DNA of 64,000 nt from Tubulanus polymorphus (Eukaryota > Animalia > Nemertea): contig NC_134026.1 of assembly GCF_964204645.1 (NCBI RefSeq), positions 5,665,950-5,729,949 of the forward strand, in the 5' to 3' direction. Below the pieces are notes generated by a model. The model saw nothing but the letters and a program-made list of their open reading frames with translations, did no database searches and had not been told where the DNA came from. This document shows, piece by piece, positions 44,125 to 56,311 of this stretch (position 1 is its first letter; every line of letters begins with the position of its first letter). Both the position numbers and the translations under genes were made by a program.

Positions 44125-46326
44125 CGCCATGACAAGAAACGTCGAAACGAAAATAAATTACATAAACCGTGGTTATCATCTGGATTATTGAAATGTATTA
44201 AACACAAAAATCGCTTGTACAGAAAATCTTTGCGTAATAGATCACATTTGAAAAATTATTTGAATTACAAACGTACCTTGTCTCGTACACTCAAATATGC
44301 CGAGAAAAAGTATTATGAGACTAAATTACTTGCAGCCAAATCCGACATGAAAAAATCATGGAATATCTTAAACAGTCTAATTGGAAAATCTTCCAATGAT
44401 CGGTGTAGATTACCTTGCTCTTTCAAAAGGAACGGTATCGTTGTAAACGGCTATGAAAATATCGCTAATGAATTTAATTCTTTCTTTGTAAATATTGGTA
44501 GCAACCTAGCCAATCAAATACCAGATACAGGTGTCCACTTCAGTGAATATCTGACAGATCCAGTAAATGAAAACTTTTTCTTTTTCCCAACCCACCCTGA
44601 TGAAATCAGTCAGATTGTAAATGATTTCTCACCCAGCAAAGGCGCTGGTGCTGATGGTTTCTCTGTAAAAGTAGTTAAGAAAATAATTGATTCAGTAAAA
44701 TAACCCGCTAACCGATATCCGTACTGCCTTGCTTTTCTAAAATTCTCGAAAAGATAGTGTATAATCGATTAACCGAATATTGTAACAAGTTTCATATCAT
44801 TCAACCAAACCAGTTCGGCTTTCGAAAGAACCATTCAACTGCCATGGCCTTAACATTGATAACTGATGAAATTTCACAAAATTTAGAAGAAAACAAATCA
44901 ACTATTGGGGTATTCTTAGATTTATCAAAAGCCTTTGACACCGTTGATCACGAAATCTTATTAAGAAAATTATGTTTTTATGGAATAAGAGGCATCTCTA
45001 ACAACTGGTTTGAAAACTATTTGAAGAATAGAAAACAATTTGTTCAAATTCAAAATTATAAATCCTCGTTATGTACCGTTAAAACTGGAGTACCCCAAGG
45101 CTCAATTTTAGGTCCCTTGCTTTTTTTATTATATGTAAACGACTGTATTAAATTTTCTAATGTGTTAAAACTTATATTGTTTGCCGATGACACAAATGCC
45201 TTTTATAGTGACATTAATTTAGACAGATTAGTACGTACAGTAAACATTGAATTATCAAAATTGTATACCTGGTTTCAAACAAACAAGCTGTCATTAAATG
45301 TAAAGAAGACGTCATTTATGGTGTTCGATAAACTATTGAAACATAACTTGAGAATATCAATTAACAATATAGAGATCAAACAAGTCAATGTCACAAATTT
45401 TCTTGGAGTTTTTATTGACAGAAATTTTAACCTGGGACGATCAAATAAAATCAGTTGAAAAAAAAGTTTCTCGAAGCATTGGTATAATAAATAGAGTAAG
45501 ACATAAGCTGCCAGTGAGTTCTCTTCGTACCCTTTATTTGTCGCTTATTGATCCTTACCTCCAGTATTGTAACTTAGTTTGGGGACGAAATTTTGAAAAT
45601 AAACTTCAGCCATTAATTGTATTGCAAAAAAGAGCTATCAGGCTAATTTCTAATTCCTATTATTTGGCGCACACTGACCCTATATTCAAAGCTTTTAATA
45701 TCCTCAAGCTCAAAGATATCAATAAACTTCAGCTAGGTACTTTTATCTACAGATCTGTCCACTCCGAATTACCGAAATCATTCGAAAATTATTGGAACCA
45801 AAATTTTCAAATCCACAGTCACAATACTCGGCGACGTCAAGATTTACAAACACTTTCTTTCAATAGTCTAAGAAGAAAATTTTCAGTAAAAGTATCCGGC
45901 CCTTTACTTTGGAATAACATCAGTGAAAATCTAAAAAACATGGAAAATTCTAAACTGTTCCTAAGAAATTATAGAAAGCAACTTTGTGCTTGATTTTATC
46001 ATACAGTTATTCGAACTAAAATTATTGTTTTTGGAATATTTCAGAAAATAACTGGCTTATTAAATGATTATATCTTAATCAAGCTGTTATCATAGTTTAC
46101 TTTGATTGCATTTTGTGTGTTAAGGGTTGACTGTGAGCATATTATTTTCTTTATTGCATTTCTCTTTTTTTCTTTTCTCTTTTGAGGGACCTGTTTTATA
46201 CAAACTATTCCTTAGTTTCTACAGGCCCCTCCAGGTCTAATTTACTGTATTTTGTATTATGCTTTGTACACTATGCTGTAAATTATATTTGAAAAATAAA
46301 GTGTTCAAATCAAAATCAAATCAAAA
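44125..46326 (+). mobile_element. 5'-truncated, disrupted L2/CR1-group LINE (RT ORF2 remnant)
   Basis: KPWLSSG, RT motifs QFGFR, FLDLSKAFDTVDH, GVPQGSILGPLLF, LFADD; stop plus internal deletion at about 44703, frameshift at about 45425; 3' stem-loop GAGGGACCTGT..ACAGGCCCCTC, AATAAA and (TCAAA)n tail. Confidence 0.9.
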
Positions 46327-47475
46327 CGGGGCAATTCTTTGTTTTAGCGCACTAAAATCGATAAACGGATGATCGTTTTGGCGTAGGCACCAAAACGGAA
46401 TTCTGCTCTTTGGCGGGGTTGCTAAATCTTGTATTGACACCTCCAAAAAATTCCTTGTTTGTCCGCACCCAAATTTTAATAAGAATTCAACGCTTTTGCT
46501 GGTTTTGGCGTATTAGCATACCTCATAATTTGCATGTATCAGGAATCAGCTACCATGACGTAGTAGCTACACTCATAAACATAGCTCTACTTTCGCACAA
46601 CAAATCATACCACCCTTTTATCGCAAACTTCTTGTACGCCTTTACATACATTCAGTTGATATTGCTGTTCAAAAATCATAATCAGAAAGTTCTCCACTCA
46701 TCAGGAGAGCATCTACTTTCAAAAATTATTTTTTCAAAATAAAATCAAATGCATCACATGTTTGTAAAGCTTACCATCTTGTTAGAAGAAATCACACAGT
46801 GTAAGGATATATGAATAATTGTTCTCCAAGCACGTCGCAGTGTAGTAGCCTACCGGAGTACAGAGTTGTGACGACTGTCACCAACGTTACGATATCGGGT
46901 TATCAATAATCACGAGTATGTAAACATGCGCGCTGGTCATTTACCACTATCATCAGTAGTGGTCAAGAATGATAACAACGTGTGGTCAACACGTGCGGTT
47001 ATTCGCGTGCGCTTCACGTTTTGATCAATGCACCAGTTTCACTCAGGCAAATGACCCTCACGTAATAAGTGAGGAGACTAGACAATTAGACAGACAATAG
47101 ATGCCGCACACAGCTGCGGCGCCCATCTGGTCACGAAATTCGGACGAGTATATACCTCTATGAAAATGTATATACGTACTGATACAATGTCAATAGCACA
47201 ACAAATGCGGATGAGATGCTGCATAGATGGCAGCTTTGAATAAATTGCTAAAAATCTGCCTATTGCTATAGGACAGATTAAGAAATTTTCGGGCAATTTC
47301 TTTTCAAGTGTGCATTATACTGTGAATGCGAAGCTGACAGCAAAAATGTGTAAAAAAGAAATGTACACTGGTCACTGCATCAAAACGCCAGTAAGTTCAA
47401 TAACAGCCTAAAGTCGTTCAAATTCTGAACATGGATAAGAAAATTATATAAAACTTCACAATAAACCTTCCCAAT

Positions 47476-47731
47476 CCCATCATTCATGGGTGGAGACGGC
47501 TGCGTGTCTACGTGATGCGGGACTGGAGTCATCTTCACCCGTCAAGGGATTCGAACCCACTACGCTAAAGCTGCTGGTGGAAGCGAGTTCGGGAGTGATA
47601 CTGGACCCCTGGCAAGCGAGGATGGGACTGAGTATACTAGAGAACTGAGTCGGTCCTGGCCCCGATATCGGCGCCGCTCTCGAGCCGTGCCGCTCGCGCC
47701 CGTGTTTGGTCGTTTTCGGTGTCACTGGCTG
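47476..47731. other. GC-rich structured island with Pol III A/B-box motifs (SINE-like or ncRNA candidate)
   Basis: Minus strand TAGCGTAGTGG directly followed by GTTCGAATCCC; several predicted stems on the plus strand; sharp GC contrast with flanks. Confidence 0.4.
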
Positions 47732-48163
47732 AAAAATCTTTTATTAAATGGCATACTTTATCATAATCCTCTAGCTCTATGTACCAAAATCTGTTATCAA
47801 AGTGTGAATAAACTGAAAACTATTGATTTAAAAAAAGATGAAAGATCAAAGGTCGAAGGGGTGCGGAGGGCGCGCATACCCCATATTCGCGCCGCTAGCC
47901 TGCTGAAATTATGGGAAGTTGTTATGAGAGTAAATTTGTATTTTGAATTAAATCCATTTTCTGTCAGTAAACAGGGAAAGCCTTTCCCACACTTTCGTTT
48001 GAAACTTCGCATTGGATAAAATGGGATTCGAACTCACTAATGTATTGCAGGATATGTTATGAACATTTCACATATACGCAAACAATAAATAGGAGCTCTA
48101 AATTATTACATTTTTGTTAATAATCCCATAGAAAGCTTTGCTTCAGGAAATTTAAAATTCCTA

Positions 48164-51100
48164 ATGATGTCTGGAACAAGTGGTGTAAGTAGCTCTTAGT
48201 TGACAACGTATGCAAAATTATCATTGAACGATTAGAAGTGGTTTTAAAATTCATTTGCAGGATTATGTTGATGACAGTTGTCGAGTTGACGTTAGCTCTA
48301 GATATCGGTTCGAATCCCAAAATTATCTTTCTCTTGTTTCAGCTTCTCTTAGGTTGTTATGCTGATGGGTCCTTGACAAGTACGGCTGAAGAGTTTAATT
48401 CTGCAAACAAAGAGCTGAAAAACATTATTGCTAAATGGAAAACAAGGTCTATATGATGTTGATCCTGAGAAAAATGAAATAATCCATATTTGATTAATCT
48501 CTGATAGAAAACAGAAATATTTCATCATTCGAAATGCATTATTTTCAGTTTTATTTTAGAATTAATTATGGAATTTTTAAGGCTAATCTTGTCTGCTAGG
48601 GATTTACTATCTAACATGATATCAAAAATTCAGTCCTTATGAATTTTTGATTTTATCCATAAAAACTGTTGTTTATATATTTACAGTGGAACGCTGCAAG
48701 CTATTGGTAAATGCAGGATATTGTATAACTTTGGTGGCGTTGATTTTTTGGCTGTAGTGAATATTGGTGCAAAGGATGCTGGATATAACGACACTGAACA
48801 GATTGATGAAGGAAGAGAACTGGTCAGAAACGCTGTCGGAGGTGGATATAACAAATCTGCATATTCTTTTTATATTTATTCTCGAGAAAATATTTAAATA
48901 TTTTTCATAAAACTAAATCATGATTATTTGCTTAGAAACCTTCCCATTCTTATCAGCATCATCATATTTCGGCGAGGAGCCAAAGTTGACTTTGAGAATA
49001 GGTGCTAGAATTTTTGTTACAAAATTGCTATCAAGTTAGGAAGATTGCCTTCCTTGTCAGAATATTTTTGTTTTTTTTTTAATTCAGATAAACTATTACC
49101 CATGTAGCCTGTTATTTGGAAGTCAGTTATTTTTGTGGTCGAAACTTATTTCTGAAAAAGAACTTGCTTAGTCCAAATATCTTCCAATTCTGGATGCTTT
49201 CGAGCCATTGAAAGATTTAGAACCTTTCTTTATGTTCAAGTCATTCAAGACTACATAATGATATAAACCCCTGCATGATATTCTGCTTTGATTTTCTAGT
49301 CGGTATAAAGAAACTTCAGGAGGAAGGCGCGACTGCAGTACAAGTTGATCCCTGTAACCAGCCTGATGGTAATACTGCCTTCTTTGTTTGAAAATTACCG
49401 TAACCTATTGTCTGACTACAGATACAACCAATAGATGTAAATATTGTTCTTGTCTATACAGCCGCTGCAGAGGCTATTAAATTAGCCTTGTTCCATTTCG
49501 ATGAACTCAAAACGACCAAACTTCAGCATGTAACAGTGTCCTGTTTGTCTACAGATCCTGCTGTATTGAGGTAGATAATGATAATGCATAAAAAGGAAAG
49601 AATGAACGTGTCATTCTATTTGATTATGCGATTTTGTTACTAGTGAATGGGCTAAAGGTGAGATTTTGGGAGATGGCCAAGTATTTTCCCGTCGTCTGAT
49701 GGAGCTTCCGTCCAACAGGTTGACTCCGACAATTTTCTGCGATCACATAACCAAAGTATTTAAGCCATTGGGGATGAACGTTATCGTAAGGTAGGCAAAT
49801 CATATATAGGCTTGTATTTTTTATTTACCGAGACTGATTAAGTTTTCTACGTTACAATAAAGGGATCGAAAATGGATCGAAGAACAGAAGATGAACGCGT
49901 TCATAGGTGTCGCAAAAGGTTCCGATGAACCACCAAAATTTTTGGAAATTCATTACAACGGAGCTGGCGATGGAAAACCACATTTTGCAATCGTCGGAAA
50001 AGGCATCTGTTTCGACGCGTATGTATATCGATTACTTTTACAAACATGTTCTATGTTAGAAACATGTTCTTTAACCCTGTACCTTGATTAAAGACACTTT
50101 GCACGTTTTCCATGCGACGCCCATAGTAGCTAATTTTTATGGTTAAGTTGTTTGTGCCAAGTTTGGTTTGGTTAGGAAATTTGTGCAGAGTAACGATACC
50201 GCGTTAAAATTATATTGCAGAGGTGGAATTTGTTTGAAAGATGTTCGTGGAATGGATCTGATGCGAGCTGATATGGGTGGAGCTGCGTGTGGAGTGGCTG
50301 CCATAATGACCGCGGCCAAACTGAAATTACCAATCAATGTAAGAAGTAAGTACTAACATTTAAGACACATTCCAGGAAAGATAGCGGCGGTAAAGTCAAT
50401 TCGTATTTAATCAATTTAAAATGTCGGAATGAATTCAACTATTACCAAAAATATCGCATCTGAAAACTACTGTTTTATTACTGGTCTAAACAACCGGGTT
50501 GTCAATTTGGAATCATTTCTCAGTTTTCGATATTCACCTGTACTAAGATTTATAATAAATAATCTATTCTTACCCGAGTCTTTTGTGGCTTTCTTCAGTG
50601 TATACTGCACTTTGTGAAAATATGCCAGATGGTAAGGCACAAAAACCAGGGGACGTTGTAGTCGCTCGAAATGGTAAAACTATCGAGGTAAATGATAAAT
50701 TCACAATTAAGAATGAATGTATTCGAAGCTTCTATGTAATTGTCTGATGTCATTGTGAATCTATTTCTATTATTTAGGTACTTGATACAGATTTCGAGGG
50801 CCGTTTGACTTTGGCTGATGCTTTGAACTATGCCGAATCTGAGAATCCTATGGGTATTCTAGATATGGCTACATTAACGCGTAGGTTCATGTGCCGTGTA
50901 TTCATGTGCAAAACCTTAGAATCTGTTTTGCCTAATTTCTGTTCCAGCGTTAAGGAAATTTGTCTATTTTTAGTCGGAATGATACAAGGTGTAGGTATGT
51001 CGGCTACATCAGGTGTATTCACTGCAAATAATCAATACTGGGAATTACTACGAAAGGTCAGTTCCATGATTTTCCGTAAAGATTTAAACTGGATTTGCAT

Positions 51101-52203
51101 TTTGAGACTACATGCGGGATTTCTGATGAATCAGATGAATTCTGTTTGGCCCCGAATTATTATCTAATCTCTTCTTATTTTAGGCGGGAGTAAAAACAGG
51201 TGATCGTGTTTGGAGAATGCCGTTGTGGAATTATTATACTAACTATATGAAAATGAGCGGTCTGGCCGATCTAAGTAACGTCGGCGGAGACCAAAAATTC
51301 GGTGAACCCTGCTTTGCAGCTGCTTTTCTCAGGGTAAGGATTTTGCCTCAGTGCCCAGGGTTTGTACAGATCGGGGAAAATCAGGAAATTCAGCGATATT
51401 TTTCCCCATAGGGAAATTCAGGGTCCAGGCTTTTTTTCATTTAGGATCAGGGAAAGGTCAGGAAATTTCTGGGCCGTCACCATTTTTGAGTCCTGATTCG
51501 TATTTCCAATTCAATTAACAAAACATAGAATATCATATGCCAACATAACGGGTGGATCCAGGTGGACTTATGAGATTTTTTTGAGTGCCCTATTTCATTT
51601 TGTTGGGCAGCAGTACACCTAGGATGTGACAAGTCCTTCAAAATTGGCCTATGGTTCCACCCCTGCCTAATCATAGTCCCAGTGATTTTTACTGTATATA
51701 ATAGGCTACAGTTAATCTATAAGAACCTTTACCAAAACGTCATTTCTATCTAACAATGCTTTGTGCAAAATTTCTGAACATGAATTCATATCAGTTTTCT
51801 GAAAATATCTTTTTAGGAATTTGTGACAACAACTAACTGGGTTCATCTGGATATCGCAAGTGTTTTGATACATGATGGAACTTTGCCGTACATGGATGCT
51901 GGTGTTGGAGGTTTGTGTGGTTTCATTTCACAAAATTTGTGGTCAAAGAAACTCTTTAAAAGATCGCGAAAGCTTGAAAAGTTCAAGGTGGCCTTCCATC
52001 CATTGATACATCGTTTAGTGTAAAAAAACGCTCATGATTTAAGTTGAAATATTTTTCATTTTCTGATTTTTTTCTGGTTTTATAAACCAAATTTCTTGCT
52101 GCTGTTAGAATTGGTAATCAATTACATTTGTATATTCTTTTTTTCAGGTCGACCAACTAGAACTATTGTTGAATTTCTGAATCTTTTGAGTCAGACTCTT
52201 TAA
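48164..52203 (+). CDS. M17 cytosol leucine aminopeptidase (LAP3-like), divergent
   Basis: Exons 48343-48446, 48687-48841, 49300-49368, 49462-49570, 49644-49790, 49863-50018, 50221-50345, 50599-50687, 50778-50880, 50974-51056, 51184-51333, 51817-51910, 52148-52203 in phase (5' exons 48164-48184 and 48261-48290 tentative); VGKGICFDAGG, MRADMGGAA, DTDFEGRL, WRMPL, HLDIA, GRPTRT. Confidence 0.9.
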
Positions 52204-52268
52204 ATATTGGGATCATTGCTGTAATTTTCAAAGCACGGTTATTTGAGGTTTTCCGGTACATCATCAAA

Positions 52269-52713
52269 GAGGGTGACCACGATTCTGGAAAACAGGGAAC
52301 TGATTTCTCTCAGGGAAAACACAGAGAATTTGATAAAATTTGGTAAATCTCTGAAAAACAATGAAATTGTGATTATTTTATATGCACGTTTTCCCTGCGA
52401 ATTTTCTTTCGCCCACAAATTATGCTTTTATCTGTCATCAGAGCATTACAACCTCGATATCTTCATTTCATGTGGTTAAGCCTAAATTCCCATATAAATC
52501 AGTTGAAAGTCGAATTATTAAATGGGCTAGCTTACTGCTAGATCTGTCAAGATAACTCTGGTCTCTCCTCCCTACAAGCAATCATCTCAATGTTAAGATG
52601 ATTGCTCGTAGCTCCTACTGACGTTCATCAGAACACAGGGAAAGTTCAGTGTTTACTGGAAAAATACAGGGAAACTCAGGGAATTTGGAAGTGGACGGAT
52701 TGTGGTCACCCTG
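52269..52713. mobile_element. CAGGG-terminus MITE with internal CAGGGAA repeats
   Basis: AGGGTGACCAC / GTGGTCACCCTG; a related fragment at 51356-51470. Confidence 0.65.
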
Positions 52714-53039
52714 TCAAAATCAATCATAATTTGAAAAACGCAGTTCTAGTGACATTCCAAAGTTTACTAGACTTTATATACCCAGACTTGCTTAAACTAG
52801 ATAGAATCTCCCTAGGCTATACGCCATTCCAGATGGTAGGAATTTTTACAAATTGCCAGAAAATTCTATATTATTTTTCAATTGTGTCTAAATTATGAAA
52901 ATATAAAGATTTTAATAATTTTTTTGTAAGATATAATCTTCAAGGTATTTTTCGATTGGTCAAGAGCAATATACCAGCAAATGGAAATGGAAGTGTAACC
53001 ATGGTATTGCTATCACTTCTTGTTGTACAAGAGACGCTA

Positions 53040-53207
53040 CAGTTGCTCAAAAGTTGGTTAGAGTTAAACAGTGGATAGTTGACAAGGTGACAATTAAAAG
53101 TCCATTGTTACTGTGGTACGTGGACTTATCTGCCGGTTATCTTTAACCATGGACGTATAAACTAGTTTATACGTCCATGCTTTAACCAACGTTTGAGCAA
53201 CTGGCTC
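53040..53207. mobile_element. MITE carrying a nested 32-bp palindromic insertion
   Basis: TIR CAGTTGCTCAAAAGTTGGTTA / TAACCAACGTTTGAGCAACTG; insert 53148-53179 flanked by CTTTAAC. Confidence 0.75.
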
Positions 53208-56200
53208 CATGTGTTTTTATTGTTTATTTAATGTCTTGCACTCTTTTTGGTGTGGATCTAAAGCCAGTATGAGAACGTATGCATTATAAATCATGAGCAC
53301 CCAAATAATTCTAGATTCTAGTATCTTTGAGTGAATTTGTTTTCATCAATAATGAATGTTATCTTATGCCAAATGATTGCGTCTGACAGACTCTAGCGCA
53401 AAGGTATTAGTCACAGTGGGCTATTATTGCATTCACTTTTAATCTGTCTGTCCATCCATATACTAAATCCAGTTATTCTGGGAAGTTTTGAAGACACTAT
53501 TTTATTTATTCATGTATCATCTGCCCTGGACACATTTGCAACCAAACGACTGGGCCGATGAGAATCAAGTTGGCCAAGTGGCAGCTATTGTTCAAATTGT
53601 CAGATTATCAAGCTTTTAACCACAAGTAGGTATGGTGTCCATGGATCCCTAGTTTTATTTGTGGATTCCAACAAATCTATTTGTCTCAAAAAGTGTGTGC
53701 CATAATAAATCATAAATATACCTGTACTTTTGTTAGTGGAAATAACATTTATTTACCAATATTGATATAGAAATTCTTTTATTGAAAGTGTTTGTATCCG
53801 ATGGTCTAAATAAAAACGGACTAAGAAATGTTTTACTTGTTCTTGAATTCGCTTGATTCTGATAAGCGTGGCCGAAAAGAATTTTGGAACGAAGTCGCAG
53901 AAACTAATGGTAGAAAGGCATTTTGCGTGGAGTACCGGTTCTTAGCGAGGCTTTCGATCGGGCAGGTTCTGCTTGAGGGTGGAAAAATGAAACCACGGTT
54001 ATTGACTACATTGCAGGGGCGGTTTTCATTTAAGGTGAATATAAAACTAACACTTAAGTCAGAATTGATACCAACACACTGTATGTCCATCATTGTGATG
54101 ATAAAGTAGAGAGAATCCCAATAATAACGAAAAACAGTTCGAAAATGTTACTGGAGAACGTTTCGACTATACGTTTCGACTGATTTTGATCTTTGCTCCC
54201 AGATAGATTAGTTAAGTTAGTTTGGTGACGCTGTTAAAATGATCGCGTCCACTGCCTAGTTTCGACTCATAGGTCGATTGAGTTACGCCTTAACTGAGAT
54301 ATAATATCAACATGATATTGGGAACTTAAGTTCAGATAATGTTTAGTACTTAGTTGAGCATAGCTTTGAATGGTTTGTGATAATAATGATATATAAACCT
54401 GGATGAACTGGTCTTTTAGTCTTCTATCAACCAATCTTAGAAATAGTGGTTCATTTTCTTGTAACTCGTCTTGTAACATTCTTACCTCTTACGTCTATAC
54501 CTCAAAACGATATACCGTTCATTTTCCGGTTCAATTTCAAATGAAGCCCTTGGGCTTGGACCTGCTTTGTTTATTTCATCGTTGTTTCTACCATGAGTTT
54601 TCGTCGAACAAATGATAATGACTTTTATCACTTGTGGTGACTCTTTCTTATATTCGAGAAGTTTGATTGGTCAGTGTGGTTGATTTATGAATTTACAATG
54701 GTGAATTCTTTTTAGTCTGACACTAAACGCGGTATATTGTTCTCATGTTCGAGAAGTTTGAATTGGTCAGTGGTGGTCGGTGATGGTCAATTCATAAATT
54801 TGCAATGGTGAATCTGAGTCTGGCACCCGGCCGCCATCATTCAGCAGTGGTCAGTTTTGACCCCGACCTTACATAATCCTAGAGATCCACCCATGTATTG
54901 GCAGCAAACTATCTACATTATCATTCATATCAATGATTCTAAAAACCTTGGGCTTTCTATATTTGATCAGGTTCAAAATGTGTATCATCATTGCTAAACC
55001 GCACCGCCTATAACCCGGAGGCGGCCCGCGTGTGAGTCATAACCCAAAAACTATACTTGTGGGTTTTGTTCGATACATAGCATAATCAGATGATGATTCA
55101 CTTCCGCAAACAAATAAATCATCGAAATCAGGAAATAACACCCATTTCTACTCGATTACAACTTTTTCTGTCGATGACAAATTAAGGTAAGCGACTCAAT
55201 ATTGTAAATCCATTAATCTTTGCCATTTTGAATGGGGGCTAATAATGTGAGTTTCAGGAATAAAAGCGTTTGAAATGTACATATCTTACTTCCGGGTTCT
55301 CCGTGATGAGTTGAGTAGGACCCAACCCACCTTTAAATTTTGGTAATTATATGAGGCACCATTCCTTTTAATGTTATCTCCATATGGATGCGGTGCTGTG
55401 GTGTAGATTTAACGTAAGCTGTGTGCTAGACTTCAAGCCATCATTCTTTACCATGGCTATTTTGGTGTCAATTTTCATGATATTGATTTTTTTAAATTCT
55501 GTTGAAAAAAATCTTGTTAGATAATACATAGAATGTAGATGACAGTGATGGCAAAAATAATAAACTGTTATTAACATTGAAAAACAGTCCCAAACAGTGA
55601 TTGGAATAAAGCGGGGGCAATTACAGATGCGACTGTTTTTTGTCTTTAATTCATGCCTATACAATAGTAGTTAAGTGTATTTGATGAATAAATACCCTTG
55701 GTACTTATAAAAATATTTTTTGAGTAATGAATAAAGCATGCTTTGGTTAAGGATATGTTCTTATCTTGCGTTTCTCTGAATGTGCTTGTTGTTGGTGCTG
55801 CCTTCACTAATCTCGTCATACTGCTTTATCAGAATTCCTTGATAAATTTCTTCTCGATATCAGCGGACGTAAGATACTGTAATCCGAGATTTAGATTCAT
55901 TGTTCTGATATTTAACCAATCTTGAGCATGTATGTTTTGTTCAGTCACCAGTGGGAGGATGTATGACTCAGTGTATTGTTATATTTCACATATATGTGGT
56001 TGTGCACTGTCTCATTGTTTCTTCTTAAGAAATTGTCGAAATAAACTTAACGCGCTTAATCTGGATCATAAGGGACTTGATCCAAAAAATTTGCGTTTAG
56101 TCTATGAGATATCCAGCACCTACTCTAAGTAGGCCTAATCTCGGATCCTGAAAAGATAGCAGGTTTTCCTATTCCGTCGAAAACACTAACTAACAATTTA

Positions 56201-56311
56201 CGAACGACCTCGTATCAGCTCTATTGTGTTTTCTATCGCCGGCTTTAAAAAAAAACTACCTCCAGTTCTTTGTGTGCATGTGAATGTGTATCTCGTGTCT
56301 TACAGAAGACA

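Noticed and set aside
47518-47578. tRNA or vault RNA on the minus strand
   Set aside because: No spacer between A and B boxes, no cloverleaf, 5' and 3' ends do not pair, no poly-T terminator.
47600-47665. HDV-like ribozyme (GTCCCATCCTCGC on the minus strand)
   Set aside because: No P1 or P2 partners in the required order.
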